Below are positions 15,688 through 15,902 of a DNA stretch of 15,902 nt, one piece after another. The position numbers were made by a program, and so were the translations under genes. Source of the stretch: Candidatus Methylomirabilia bacterium (GTDB lineage: Bacteria; Methylomirabilota; Methylomirabilia; Rokubacteriales; CSP1-6); NCBI GenBank assembly GCA_046758965.1, contig JBHIBG010000062.1, positions 1-15,902 of the forward strand, written 5' to 3'. Every line of letters begins with the position of its first letter. Position 1 is the stretch's first letter. The notes below the pieces were generated by a model that was not told where the DNA came from, did no database searches, and saw only the letters and a program-made list of their open reading frames with translations.

Positions 15688-15902
15688 ATGAGGAAAGGCA
15701 TTCTACTCGCGGTAGCTCTCGGAGCATTGATCGCCTTCTCGGCAGCGCCAGCCTTCGCCCTGGTCGTTTGGGTCGAGGAGAGTACAAAGACCAAAGGCGC
15801 CACGACCATCACCTGGGACTCGAGCTTTGCCGATCTCGACTACACAAACGGTACGCCCATTGGCACGACGGTGAACTGGAGCGTGGATGCCGGAGCTGCA
15901 GC
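15688..15902 (+). CDS. Secreted hypothetical protein (partial, runs off the window; alternative in-frame start at 15622)
   Basis: TAAGGAGG RBS (15672-15679). MRKGILLAVALGALIAFSAAPAFA is a Sec signal with an A-F-A site, followed by LVVWVEESTKTKGATTITWDSSFADLDYTNGTPIGTTVNWSVDAGAA. No stop before the window end. Not in the ORF track. Confidence 0.82.
   Translation, partial: MRKGILLAVALGALIAFSAAPAFALVVWVEESTKTKGATTITWDSSFADLDYTNGTPIGTTVNWSVDAGAA

Noticed and set aside
2617..15812. Remaining minus-strand and off-frame ORFs in the track (e.g. 2617..3447, 5493..6422, 6572..7681, 12261..13238, 14734..15384, 15486..15674, 15501..15812)
   Set aside because: They overlap well-supported + strand genes or the regulatory region and show no domain motifs.

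Overview
GC-rich bacterial DNA, probably from a diderm (it encodes an outer-membrane porin). All credible genes are on the + strand. Bases 1-10140 are one respiratory gene cluster. It opens with the last 15 codons of a c-type cytochrome (…STDCNACHR*, missed by the ORF track), followed by a Tat-exported molybdopterin-oxidoreductase-fold subunit and a 4x[4Fe-4S] NrfC/PsrB-type subunit. Next come an ActC-like NrfD membrane subunit, a 96-aa two-TM protein (hidden inside a longer spurious ORF) and a second NrfD subunit. The cluster ends with a four-domain tetraheme cytochrome c, an EB_dh/DOMON-like periplasmic protein with CX3CH, and an OprB-like porin. Overall it looks like a hybrid between Qrc and alternative complex III with extra periplasmic and outer-membrane modules. 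Downstream are two two-component systems: an NtrB/NtrC-type pair whose sensor has a periplasmic CX4CH motif, and a CusS/CusR-like (OmpR family) pair. After these come six direct repeats at exact 11-bp spacing (likely OmpR-family boxes) and the 5' end of a secreted protein with two in-frame start sites. Family assignments come from motif recognition only; no database searches were run.
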